From NCBI GenBank assembly GCA_964291235.2, contig OZ219815.1, positions 288,001 through 352,000 of the forward strand: 64,000 nucleotides of DNA, given 5' to 3'. Position 1 is the first letter of the stretch. Each line of letters begins with the position of its first letter. The position numbers and the translations under genes are program-made. Below the pieces are notes generated by a model. The model had not been told where the DNA came from, made no database searches, and was given only the letters and a program-made list of their open reading frames with translations. Positions 16,833 through 25,725 of the stretch are shown in pieces. Source of the DNA: Vicinamibacteria bacterium (lineage in GTDB: Bacteria; Acidobacteriota; Vicinamibacteria; Marinacidobacterales; Marinacidobacteraceae).

Positions 16833-17989
16833 ATGACCAACGGTGCGCGTGGCGCGCTATTGATTGCACTCCTGGGGAGCGGCCCGGTTAGCGGCACCCA
16901 ACTCCCGCCCGAGATACCGGCCGATCAACTGTTGCTGCGCGCCGAACGGCTGATGGAGGGGGAGGAGCCCGAAGAGGCCCTCGAAGCCCTTGAAGAGATC
17001 CTGACCCTGCAAGCGGAGCACGGCATCGAACTCCCGCCGGAGTTCCACTTCCGACGCGCCCAGGCGACGTTCGCCGCCGGGACGCTGGAGCCCGCCCGGG
17101 AATCCGTCATCGACTACCTGACGGCCGCCGGGAGGGATGGCGAGTTCTACGAGGCCGCCTTGGTGCTATTGGAGGATGTGGAGCGGATCCTGGAACGGCG
17201 GGACGCGCCGGACTGCACGGGACAGCCGGCGGGGACCGAGTGCTGGATGGAACTTGCGAACCAGCCGGGGTGTCACGTCGGGAACGAGGGACTTCAACTC
17301 GAGGCCGTAGCCGAGTGGACCGGCGCTTGTTCTTCGGGCTTTGCCACTGGCCCAGGAACGCTGACGTGGGAGTGGCCACCCGACAACCGCCAAAAGCAGC
17401 AAGGCACGATGCGGCTGGGAAGACCGGAGGGATCGTGGGTTGAGAGGTTTCCGAACGGCGTTGTCGCCGAAGGCCCATACGAGGACGGGGAGGAAAGCGG
17501 ACGCTGGGTCATTAGGGAACCCGATGGGGGCGTTGACGAAGGTCCGTATGTCAACGGTGCGAGGAACGGTCAGTGGTTCGAGAGGTTCGCGAACGGGACT
17601 TTCGCGAAGGGGGCCTACGTGGACGGCAGACGGAACGGCCATGGGTCTGGACATATCCGGACGGGCAGGTCGAGAGCGGCCCATACATGGACGGCGAGCA
17701 GCACGGCCGCTGGGCGATCGAACCGCCGGAAGGCGGCAGACTGGAGGGCCCGTACGTGGACGGTGAAAGAACCGGACACTGGGTCGAGACGTTCCCGAAC
17801 GGGAGTGTCGCAGAAGGGCCTTACGTGGACGGCAAGCGGCAAGGGGATTGGATCTGGCGCTTCCCGAGCGGGCAGGTCGAGGAAGGACCGTACGTGGCTG
17901 ACGAGCAGCACGGCCGGTGGGTGGTACATCCTCCGGACGGCGACACGTACTACGTCACGTTCGTGAGGGGCGTACGTCAGGAGCGATAG
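16833..17989 (+). pseudogene. MORN-like repeat protein, paralog 2, frameshifted near 17641
   Basis: ATG at 16833 with GGGAGG RBS. Repeat consensus GGC CAC TGG GTC reads GGC CA TGG GTC at 17637-17647; the repeats continue in the 17573..17989 frame to FVRGVRQER. Confidence 0.8.
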
Positions 17990-18325
17990 CCCCGCCGACT
18001 TCACCTACCCCACTCACGTAATCCCACCGCCAGACACGACAGAAAGTGTTCGGCGGCGACGTCCGGACCCGGAGTGATCCTTGTGGGCGGCCGCTCTGCG
18101 ACACAGTCTGATTGAACGCAGGAGACAAACAACTGAACTTACGTAACTCCGTCGATTCCCGTGCCGAATCCCGGAGAGAATGTTCTCCTGGACAGTCTGA
18201 TCGCTATCGGTCGAACCACATGGACCCGCGAGCCCCTTGCCTAACGTGGCGTGGAATTCCCCGCCTTTCGCGGCGGTGGCCCGTTCCGGGGAGTGTCGCT
18301 GGCGGCAGCAGCACAGAGGAACGTC

Positions 18326-18913
18326 ATGGACGGTAACCTAGTGGAGGTGATCGAAGCCCTGGTTGGGTTGACGGGATCCGCAATCTGGGCGAAGACGCGG
18401 AAGAAGCGGGCGATGCAAGCCTTCACACTGGGTATCGCACTCACGGCTTTGTTTGTCGCTGTTTCAAGCTTTAGCTACCGGTCAGACCGTCCCGTGGAGC
18501 CGCCAGACAAGCCGGGGGTGTCGGAGAACAATGTCGGCGATGACGAGGAGCGACAGCCACCGACCGAGGACGGCACTCCGTTCCAAGTCTTTACTGAAAC
18601 CATAACCGCGCACACCGACGATCGCGGGCATCTAGAAACCGGCTGGTCCACGGAACAGGTGTTCACTATGCCCAGTGTGCCTGACCGCGCGGAATTCTTT
18701 CCGTTGGAGCAGCCGACCTGTCCGCGCTCGTCTGTTCCCGTCCTTGCTTGGCGAGAAATCGTCGTGAGTCATCCGAGTCTTGATGTCTTGTACTCCGCGG
18801 ATGTTCGGCTGGAAGGGAGAATTCTCGAAATCGGGCTACGAGCACGAGAAGGTAGGCGTGGATACGTTTACATCGACGTGTCGTTGCTTTGTCACAGCAC
18901 ACAAGACCCGTAG
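18326..18913 (+). CDS. Hypothetical membrane-anchored protein
   Basis: GAGGA RBS before ATG at 18326; hydrophobic segment AFTLGIALTALFVAV, acidic Pro-rich linker, two-Cys C-domain; more A/T-rich codons than flanks. Confidence 0.55.
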   Translation: MDGNLVEVIEALVGLTGSAIWAKTRKKRAMQAFTLGIALTALFVAVSSFSYRSDRPVEPPDKPGVSENNVGDDEERQPPTEDGTPFQVFTETITAHTDDRGHLETGWSTEQVFTMPSVPDRAEFFPLEQPTCPRSSVPVLAWREIVVSHPSLDVLYSADVRLEGRILEIGLRAREGRRGYVYIDVSLLCHSTQDP

Positions 18914-19285
18914 GGAAGCCGACGAAAGGTCTTCGTGCTCTCCGTCGGTCCATAGACAATCCAGTTTCCTACTGGAACCAGTGCGTTGCTGTGGCCACGG
19001 ACCGCGTTTCCTCCTGGGTGAAGAGTTGCTATTCGGCTGGGGCTGGGCTCCGACGAACTAACTGCTATGGATATGGCGACGGATCGCCGTATACAGGAAG
19101 ACGGGACGGCCTGTGCGGTGGGGGATTCGGCCTGCTCGCTGGACGCGACTGGTGCGCAATTCAGTCAGTCGGGCGTCTCGGTATCGGCGTCCGCTGACAT
19201 GCGCAGCGACTCCGCGACAGCGGTGGGAATCTTGCCGGACAGGCAATCGAGGGAAAGAACGACGCTCCCGTTCCACAGAATCGTA

Positions 19286-20524
19286 ATGGCAGCCGTCTTG
19301 CTGGTGCATGTGCTGGCGGCAGATGTGCGTGGGCAACGCCTTCTCGAGATCGACGGTGTTGAGCTGCACGGGGAGGCGCAGCTTCTCCAGCCGGGGGGCG
19401 GCACGTGCAACGTGTTGGAATCGGATACGAGCTACGACAGGAGGAAGGAGAACGATGGTGCGCCGATGGACATCTGGCGCCTCGATTTCACGGTTCGGAA
19501 CCGCTCGGGGCGGTGGCTCGATCACCTGATCGCGCGATTTCAAATCGCGTCGGAGTGGCCGGAGTGCACCAACTGGGACGTTCCGGACTCAGGCGAACTC
19601 CTAGTGCGGTATTCCACGATCATTGAGTGGGCCGGTTCGATCGGCTTCATCCAGGAGAGCGGCCGCAATGTCGTGTCTCCGGGTCAGAGCCTGACCGACA
19701 CGACGTTGTTGATTGTCCTGCGCGGAGACCCGGAGCCGCGGTTCTCGACCTGGTCCGTGGATTTCAACTTTGCCATCAACCCACCGCCAGCAGGCACGGC
19801 GGCAAGTAATCCCGACCGGCCGCCGGGATGGCGGCTACCGGTGGCGGCGACGGCGGATCGGGAAATCCGGCTCGACGGGCCGGATTGCAGGAAACAGCCA
19901 GCAGGTGCCCAATGCTGGACGGAACTGGCGAACCAGCCCAGCTGTTACGTGTGGAACGAACACCGTCAGCCGCCGGAGACGGCCACCTGGACTGGAGAGT
20001 GTTCCGCCGGCCTAGCCGAGGGCCAGGGGAGATTGACCTGGGAATGGCCGCCCGACAACCGCCAGCAGCACGACGGCACGATGCGCCAGGGACGGAAGAA
20101 CGGCCACTGGGTCCAGCGGTTTGAGGACGGCGATATCGGTGCTGGGCCGTACTTGAACGGCGAGCGGAATGGCCACTGGATTTGGAGATACCCGGACGGT
20201 GGTAGCGCCGAAGGACCGAACGTGAATGGCGAGCGGAACGGCCACTGGGTCCAGCGGTTTGCGGACGGCAGCACGGCCGAAGGGCCGTATATGAACGGGA
20301 AGCGGAACGGCCACTGGGTCCAGCGGTTTGCGGACGGCGATATCGGTGCTGGGCCGTATATGAACGGGAAGCGGAACGGCTACTGGGTCTGGAGATTTCC
20401 GAGCGGCCAAGTTGAGGAAGGGCCATACGTGGCCGATGAACAACACGGCGAGTGGGTCGTCCGTCCCCCGAATGGAGACACGTTCACGCTGGTGTTCGTT
20501 AGGGGGGTGCGCCAAGAGCCGTAG
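19286..20524 (+). CDS. Secreted MORN-like repeat protein, paralog 3 (different N-domain); start uncertain (19067-19286)
   Basis: Signal-like MAAVLLVHVLAADVRGQ, distinct Cys-containing N-domain, same Cys module, about 6 repeats of 23 aa (GPY.NG.RNGHWVQRF.DG). Confidence 0.75.
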   Translation: MAAVLLVHVLAADVRGQRLLEIDGVELHGEAQLLQPGGGTCNVLESDTSYDRRKENDGAPMDIWRLDFTVRNRSGRWLDHLIARFQIASEWPECTNWDVPDSGELLVRYSTIIEWAGSIGFIQESGRNVVSPGQSLTDTTLLIVLRGDPEPRFSTWSVDFNFAINPPPAGTAASNPDRPPGWRLPVAATADREIRLDGPDCRKQPAGAQCWTELANQPSCYVWNEHRQPPETATWTGECSAGLAEGQGRLTWEWPPDNRQQHDGTMRQGRKNGHWVQRFEDGDIGAGPYLNGERNGHWIWRYPDGGSAEGPNVNGERNGHWVQRFADGSTAEGPYMNGKRNGHWVQRFADGDIGAGPYMNGKRNGYWVWRFPSGQVEEGPYVADEQHGEWVVRPPNGDTFTLVFVRGVRQEP

Positions 20525-20820
20525 CGCACAGCTCACGGCGGAATCGAGTCTTTTGGATTCTCCCTGTGTAGGAAGTGCGCAACCTAGACAACGAGAGGAA
20601 CGCGTGGTGGCGCGTTACGCTTCATTAGAAGCAAACAACGGTCCTGTTCGGAATCCGATGGAACACTATCTTGGCGGTCCGCAGGGGAGCGAAACGCGCA
20701 TCGCTAATCCTCATCGCGGCGGTGCCGCCGCTCAAGTCGGCGAAGGGCACAAGGGCGTTTCGCCGTCGCCGTTGGGATGGGTGCTGTGAGGCGGACGAAG
20801 TTCGTGCGTTTCGCGGCTTG

Positions 20821-20853
20821 CGGCCGCGATGCCGGCCGGAGGCCGGCGCTCCT
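20821..20853 (-). repeat. REP copy
   Basis: Reverse complement reads aggagcgccggcctccggccggcatcgcggccg; between convergent genes. Confidence 0.8.
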
Positions 20854-20861
20854 GGCCCTTC

Positions 20862-23426
20862 CTAGTTGGAGCCCCCGCCGCCGGAGGCCTCCGACAGGAA
20901 GCCCTGGTAGATCCGGCGGGCTTCGTCGAACTGGGCGAAGACGTGCTCCCGCTCCTTCTCGGAGCGCCATCCCGGCCACTCCTCGGCCATCGCCCGCAGC
21001 TTGTCGATCCACTGGATGGAGTACTCGGCCGAGGCGCGGTTCCGGACCGGCTGCCCGGCCACCGTCACCCACACCGGGTTCGTGAACCCGAGCGCGAAGT
21101 TCGCATCGAGCGGGAAGCGCTCCTCGTTCCTGCCTTCGACCCGCAGGTGGAACCAGCCGCTCCCGCTGACCGGGTAGGACTTCGCCAGATCGAGTTCGAG
21201 GCGGTCGCCGGTGAACGGGATCTCCTCGACGACCTCGCCGTTGAAGACGACGTAGGCCTTGTCGAGCGGCGTGATGCTTCGCACCCTGCCCTGGAGTTCG
21301 ACCGTGCCGCTCGCGGCGAGTTCCACTTCCTCGCCCGGGATGCGGCCGTTCACGGTCAGCTCGACGAGCGGCCCGGTGCTGACGAACGCGTTGCCGTTCC
21401 GGAGCCCCTCGAGCCACGCCTCCATCGTCAGACCCTTGCCGCCCGTATAGACGTAGGTGCGCACCGACCCGACGAGCTTGCTCCTGTGGAGGTTGCTGAT
21501 CGAGTCTTCGCCGCCGACCGCGGTGGTCCGCAGTCCGTTGTTCAGCGTCGCGTACCAGGGGTGAAAGCCCGCGCGATGCGCCTGCGACCACTCCACCGCG
21601 TCGGTCGTCTGGAGCGCGGCGTCCACCATGTAGCCCTTGCCGCCGCCGAGGCTCCCCTCGAGCGGGTCGGCGTCACCGCCGAACGCGTGCACATAGCCGA
21701 CGGTGGCGCCCTGCGCCCTCGCCTTCCGGAACATGTCGGTATTGCTGGGATAGAGACTCTCGATGGCGGTGCCCTCATAGCCCGTCGTGTAGGGCGAGAT
21801 GAGGTGGTCCCTCAGGCCGAACATGAAGACGTGCCCGTAGAACGGCGGCCGGTACTCCTGCCCGACGACGAGCACGCGGTCCTTCGTGGACAGCGGATGC
21901 GCTCCCCCGCCCGGAACGAAGAACTGGTAGTCGAGAATCCGGTTGTCCTTGTTGGCGACCTGTTCGAGGACGATGTCCTGGTCTTCGGCCTCCGACATCA
22001 TCATCAGGTTCTCCAGCGTGTTGTGCAGGTTCCCGGCGTAGTTCATATGCACGTGGGTCGAGCCGCTGTACCAGCCCTTGGCGGCCATGTCGGTCATCGG
22101 CCGCAGTTCGACCGTCAATTGCGTCACTTCGCCGGCCTCGATCTCGACTTCCTCCCGCACCGGCCAGAACTCGAAACCCTTGACGATGTCCATCGTCAGC
22201 GCGCCGGCGGGCACTTCCACCCGGAACTCGCCCGGGTGATGGAACATCGGATCGTGCATGCCGCTGGTGCGCGCATACTCGTCCGCGGGGGCGTAGAACT
22301 TGCCGTCCGACGCCGTCAGGTGCACCCGCGAGCCGGTCACTTCACCCGAGCCCGCCGCCGTGGTGCGGACCGTGAGCACGCCCATGGGGCGCTTCCAGCG
22401 CCGGTCCGTGATGTGGACGGTGAGCTGCTTGCCGCCGTAGGTCTCGAGCAGCGCCAGTTGGGGAAGCCCTTCCCGGTTCGAGATATAGGCGATCCACTCC
22501 CCGTCCGGCGAAAAGCGGGGGTGGAAGGCGTCGTGGTCCAGGAAGGTCATCTTGTAGGGCTCGCCGCCGATCGTCGGCTGCACGTAGAGGTTGCTGAACT
22601 GATCCGCCGATCCGCCCGTGGACGAATAGATGAATCGCTTGCCGTCCAGGGAAACGTCCGGCCGGGTCCGGTAGAGCGTCTGCTCGGCAAGAACCGTCGT
22701 CGCCTGCAGGAGTCCGTCTTCCTCGGCCGGAATCCGCAGCACGTTCCCCGAGCCGAGCGGCACCCCCCGGTTGGAGATGACCAGTAGCTCACCGCTTCCC
22801 GGAAGCCAGGTCGGGGTGATCGCCATGTCCCAGGGACCGAAGTAGAGCCGGTTGTTGCCGTAGTTGTTGTCCTTGGTGATGGGGACCTCGTCTCCCGCCC
22901 ACGCCCCGTTCTCGATCGCGCGCACGTACACGTTGAAGTTGCCGCTCGGCTTCGTGGACACGTAGGCGAGCCGGCTGCCGTCCGGGGAGAACACCGGGTC
23001 CACGTAGATCTGATCGTCGTCGGTGAGGGCGTGGGTTTCACCCGTCTCGAGGTTCAGGACCTCGAGCTGAATCGTCGTCCCCCCGTCGTCGGCCGTGTAG
23101 ACCATCCACTTCCCGTCGGGGGAGATGTCGGGCAGCGAGTGGTACTTGTCGCTATAGGTCAGTTCCCAGGCCTGTCCCGTGTGCGGATCGACATTCCAGA
23201 TCGACCCGCTCATCGCCACCGCGATCCACGTCCCGTCGGGCGACCAGTCCGGCGCCCAGGGCGTCGAACTCGGCGCCGGCGGGAAATAGAAGTTGTGCAT
23301 GTAGTTCCCGCCCTGCCCGGCCGCGGGATACGTGCTTCCCCGTGGCGGTTGCGCCAGCGCGGTGCAGGCAAAGGCCACCGCGACGGCGAGTACCAAGAAA
23401 ACTCGCCGGTTACAGATTCGAACCAT
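20862..23426 (-). CDS. Secreted TolB/PD40 beta-propeller fused to CehA/McbA-type PHP-like metallohydrolase
   Basis: Signal MVRICNRRVFLVLAVAVAFACTALAQ with GGAGG RBS; several SPDG propeller repeats; WYSGSTHVHM, GQEY..GH, GYVH, AVGGED metal motifs. Confidence 0.8.
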   Translation of the reverse strand: MVRICNRRVFLVLAVAVAFACTALAQPPRGSTYPAAGQGGNYMHNFYFPPAPSSTPWAPDWSPDGTWIAVAMSGSIWNVDPHTGQAWELTYSDKYHSLPDISPDGKWMVYTADDGGTTIQLEVLNLETGETHALTDDDQIYVDPVFSPDGSRLAYVSTKPSGNFNVYVRAIENGAWAGDEVPITKDNNYGNNRLYFGPWDMAITPTWLPGSGELLVISNRGVPLGSGNVLRIPAEEDGLLQATTVLAEQTLYRTRPDVSLDGKRFIYSSTGGSADQFSNLYVQPTIGGEPYKMTFLDHDAFHPRFSPDGEWIAYISNREGLPQLALLETYGGKQLTVHITDRRWKRPMGVLTVRTTAAGSGEVTGSRVHLTASDGKFYAPADEYARTSGMHDPMFHHPGEFRVEVPAGALTMDIVKGFEFWPVREEVEIEAGEVTQLTVELRPMTDMAAKGWYSGSTHVHMNYAGNLHNTLENLMMMSEAEDQDIVLEQVANKDNRILDYQFFVPGGGAHPLSTKDRVLVVGQEYRPPFYGHVFMFGLRDHLISPYTTGYEGTAIESLYPSNTDMFRKARAQGATVGYVHAFGGDADPLEGSLGGGKGYMVDAALQTTDAVEWSQAHRAGFHPWYATLNNGLRTTAVGGEDSISNLHRSKLVGSVRTYVYTGGKGLTMEAWLEGLRNGNAFVSTGPLVELTVNGRIPGEEVELAASGTVELQGRVRSITPLDKAYVVFNGEVVEEIPFTGDRLELDLAKSYPVSGSGWFHLRVEGRNEERFPLDANFALGFTNPVWVTVAGQPVRNRASAEYSIQWIDKLRAMAEEWPGWRSEKEREHVFAQFDEARRIYQGFLSEASGGGGSN

Positions 23427-23446
23427 CGGGGGCCCCTCCACTGGTG

Positions 23447-25528
23447 TCAGTGCGAAACGCCGGATCCGAGCTCGGCGAGGCTCTTTTGAATGTCGGGCTG
23501 CTCGGGATCGATCGCGACGGAGCGTTCGAACGCTTCGCGCGCTCTTGCCTTGTCTCCCAACCGAAAGTAAGCGTCGCCCAGCGCGTTGAGTATGCCGGGC
23601 TGCGGCGGCCGGAGCGAAACGGCCTTTTCGAGATGGGAGACCGCGGCGGTCAGGTTTCCCTTCAGGTAGAAGCCGAGACCGAGGCCGACGACCACCTCGT
23701 AGCGGTCGGCATGCTCGTACTGGAGGGGCAGGAGGAGACCCAGGGCCGATTCGGTCTTTCCCGAGCGCAGGTAGGAAGCGGCGAGCTTCCATTGCGCCTG
23801 CGGGACTTCCGGATCCCCTTCCGAGACCGCGCTCTCGAAGAGGCGCTCCGCTTCGGCGAAGTTCTCCATCGCCCAGTGCTGGTCGCCGAGCACGACCGCC
23901 AGCAGGGCGCGCTTGCCCGCGTCGAAGCTCCGGCGGGCAAAGAGCCCGGGCCGGGGAATGGAGGCCCGCGGCGAGATCGAGAACGGCGCCGTCTTTTCGG
24001 CCAGCACGCTCCCTTGCGCGTCCAGGAGCCGCACCCGGAGCTCATACCGATCGGCGACCGCGCCTTCCAGGCTGAACCGCTCCTCGAGGAAGGCCGGCTC
24101 CGTCCCGACGATGTCGCGCGTGCGTTCCGCCACCACCTCCTCCCCGCGGAGCAGGGCGAAGTGCAGGTCGTGCGACGGGTCGGCGGAGAGCAACTGGAGT
24201 GCCGCGTGCAGGTTTTCGCTGCTGGCGAAGACGCCGCCGACTGCCGGGTGGATCCGCGCCGCGCCAGCCTGGAACGTCTTGAACGCGGCGGCGCCGTCCT
24301 CCGGCATCGCCTCCGTTCGGAAACCGACCAGCAGGTCGCTCAGCGCCGGCTGGCCGCCCGAGAAGTCGCTGACGCGGACCGAGTGCTCCGCCACCGTGTA
24401 CTGGCTGGATACCCGATTACGAAGGATGAGCATCACCTCGTAGTCGCCCGGCGCCAGCGGGACCCCGTCCTGGTAGGCGAACGTCGAGCCCCGGATCGCG
24501 TTCCGCTGGGTCGTCCTCAACTGGACGAAGGCTTCCTTGTCGTCCGCGAGAACCAGGCGGCCGTGCGGGTCCCGGACCTCCAGACTGGCGTCGAGCGTCG
24601 TGAACGAACGCGACCCGTCGCCGTTCGTGTCCATCGGGAGGTTCTCCAGGTCGAGCTCGACGCTGAAATGGAGATAGGCGGTGCGATCCGGACCGGCGAG
24701 CACCGCGAAGGCGCCCTCGCTGGGCACGAAGTTGAACGAGTACTCCGACGAAACCCGGCTGCCGTAGCGCTCCCAGGCGTCGAGATAGTCGGTGCGGATC
24801 GCGTACCTCGGCGACGCCTCGATGCGCGCGATGGCAGCCTGGGACCCGAGACCGACGGTGCCTCCCATGATGTCCACCGGCTCCGACGCGTCCACCGCGA
24901 GCGCGGCCCGCGCCAGCTCCGGCGAAATCCGCAGGAGCTGCTCCATGTTCCGCTCGGGGAACGAGCGCGTCGAGCCGCGAATCAGGTCGCCCGGCACGTC
25001 GGCGCCCGGGATGAACAGCCGGTACTGCGTCGCATCCAGTCTCTTGAAGAACAGCAGATAGAAAAAGGACGGCGTGTTCCTTCCCGGGTCGCCGTTATAG
25101 AACCAGAGCTGGCTCGTGTAGAGATTGTTGTAGTTGTCGAACGTCTCGATGCTCCGGGGCGGCCCCAGGATGATGTGCATCCGGCCCCGGTCGGTCTTCC
25201 AGCCGGGCGCGAAGGCTTCGCCCCGGAGCTCGCGGCTCGCGTACTCGAATCGGCGGTAGTGCTCCTCCCGGAACTCGTTGGCGGGCGTGCCCGGGACCGG
25301 GTCGCGTTTCCGCCAGAACGCTTCGATGAACCGGTCCCGCTCGTCCACGGTGCCCAGCGACAAGAAGACATCCGTTTCGCGCTCGGTGATGAGGTAGGTC
25401 ACCTCTTCCTCCAGCCACCGGCGGTGTTCGGGAGTGAGATCCTGCGCCGGAGCACCGCGCGATACCGCAACCGCCGACAGCAGCAGGGCGAGCGCCAAGT
25501 GGCGCATCGGCACGGATCTCGTCGGCAT
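23447..25528 (-). CDS. GWxTD-domain protein with C-terminal TPRs (alternative start 25507)
   Basis: RRWLEEEVTYLIT, FIEAFWRKRDP, PGWKTDRGRMHIILGPP; TPR-like LGDAYFRLGDKARAREAFERSVAIDP. Confidence 0.88.
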   Translation of the reverse strand: MPTRSVPMRHLALALLLSAVAVSRGAPAQDLTPEHRRWLEEEVTYLITERETDVFLSLGTVDERDRFIEAFWRKRDPVPGTPANEFREEHYRRFEYASRELRGEAFAPGWKTDRGRMHIILGPPRSIETFDNYNNLYTSQLWFYNGDPGRNTPSFFYLLFFKRLDATQYRLFIPGADVPGDLIRGSTRSFPERNMEQLLRISPELARAALAVDASEPVDIMGGTVGLGSQAAIARIEASPRYAIRTDYLDAWERYGSRVSSEYSFNFVPSEGAFAVLAGPDRTAYLHFSVELDLENLPMDTNGDGSRSFTTLDASLEVRDPHGRLVLADDKEAFVQLRTTQRNAIRGSTFAYQDGVPLAPGDYEVMLILRNRVSSQYTVAEHSVRVSDFSGGQPALSDLLVGFRTEAMPEDGAAAFKTFQAGAARIHPAVGGVFASSENLHAALQLLSADPSHDLHFALLRGEEVVAERTRDIVGTEPAFLEERFSLEGAVADRYELRVRLLDAQGSVLAEKTAPFSISPRASIPRPGLFARRSFDAGKRALLAVVLGDQHWAMENFAEAERLFESAVSEGDPEVPQAQWKLAASYLRSGKTESALGLLLPLQYEHADRYEVVVGLGLGFYLKGNLTAAVSHLEKAVSLRPPQPGILNALGDAYFRLGDKARAREAFERSVAIDPEQPDIQKSLAELGSGVSH

Positions 25529-25649
25529 TCCCCGTCTGCAAACTAGCAGACCCCGGACGAAAGCCGCAAAGAGGACGGATTGGGAGCCCTATCGCACAGT
25601 GCGGACAAATCCCGCGTAACTCATTGAAATAGCGTCTTTTATTTGCCAT

Positions 25650-25678
25650 TTGACATCCGTCCCGGAAGCGCCTACCGT
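25650..25678 (+). promoter_or_regulatory. Sigma70-like promoter of the TonB-dependent receptor
   Basis: TTGACA (25650-25655), 17-bp spacer, TACCGT (25673-25678), with an A/T-rich upstream tract. Confidence 0.6.
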
Positions 25679-25725
25679 TGCGGTTTGCCTTTGAATCCAG
25701 TCACGATGTCAGGAAGGAAAATCCC

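Noticed and set aside
18238-18300. GCCTAAC (and GTCTAAC at 29279) as integron attC ends
   Set aside because: No matching GTTRRRY partner with attC-like pairing and no integron integrase.
20098-20380. Near-identical 69-bp units as a DGR template/variable repeat pair
   Set aside because: Both copies are in-frame MORN repeats, the mismatches are not adenine-specific, and no reverse transcriptase is in the window.
20604-20789. Short ORF with a GAGAGGA RBS-like sequence after MORN paralog 3
   Set aside because: No recognisable motif and atypical composition; could be a remnant but cannot be supported.
20829-25546. Long plus-strand ORFs 20829..22787 and 23342..25546
   Set aside because: Antisense shadows of well-supported minus-strand genes, expected at this GC content; no motifs.
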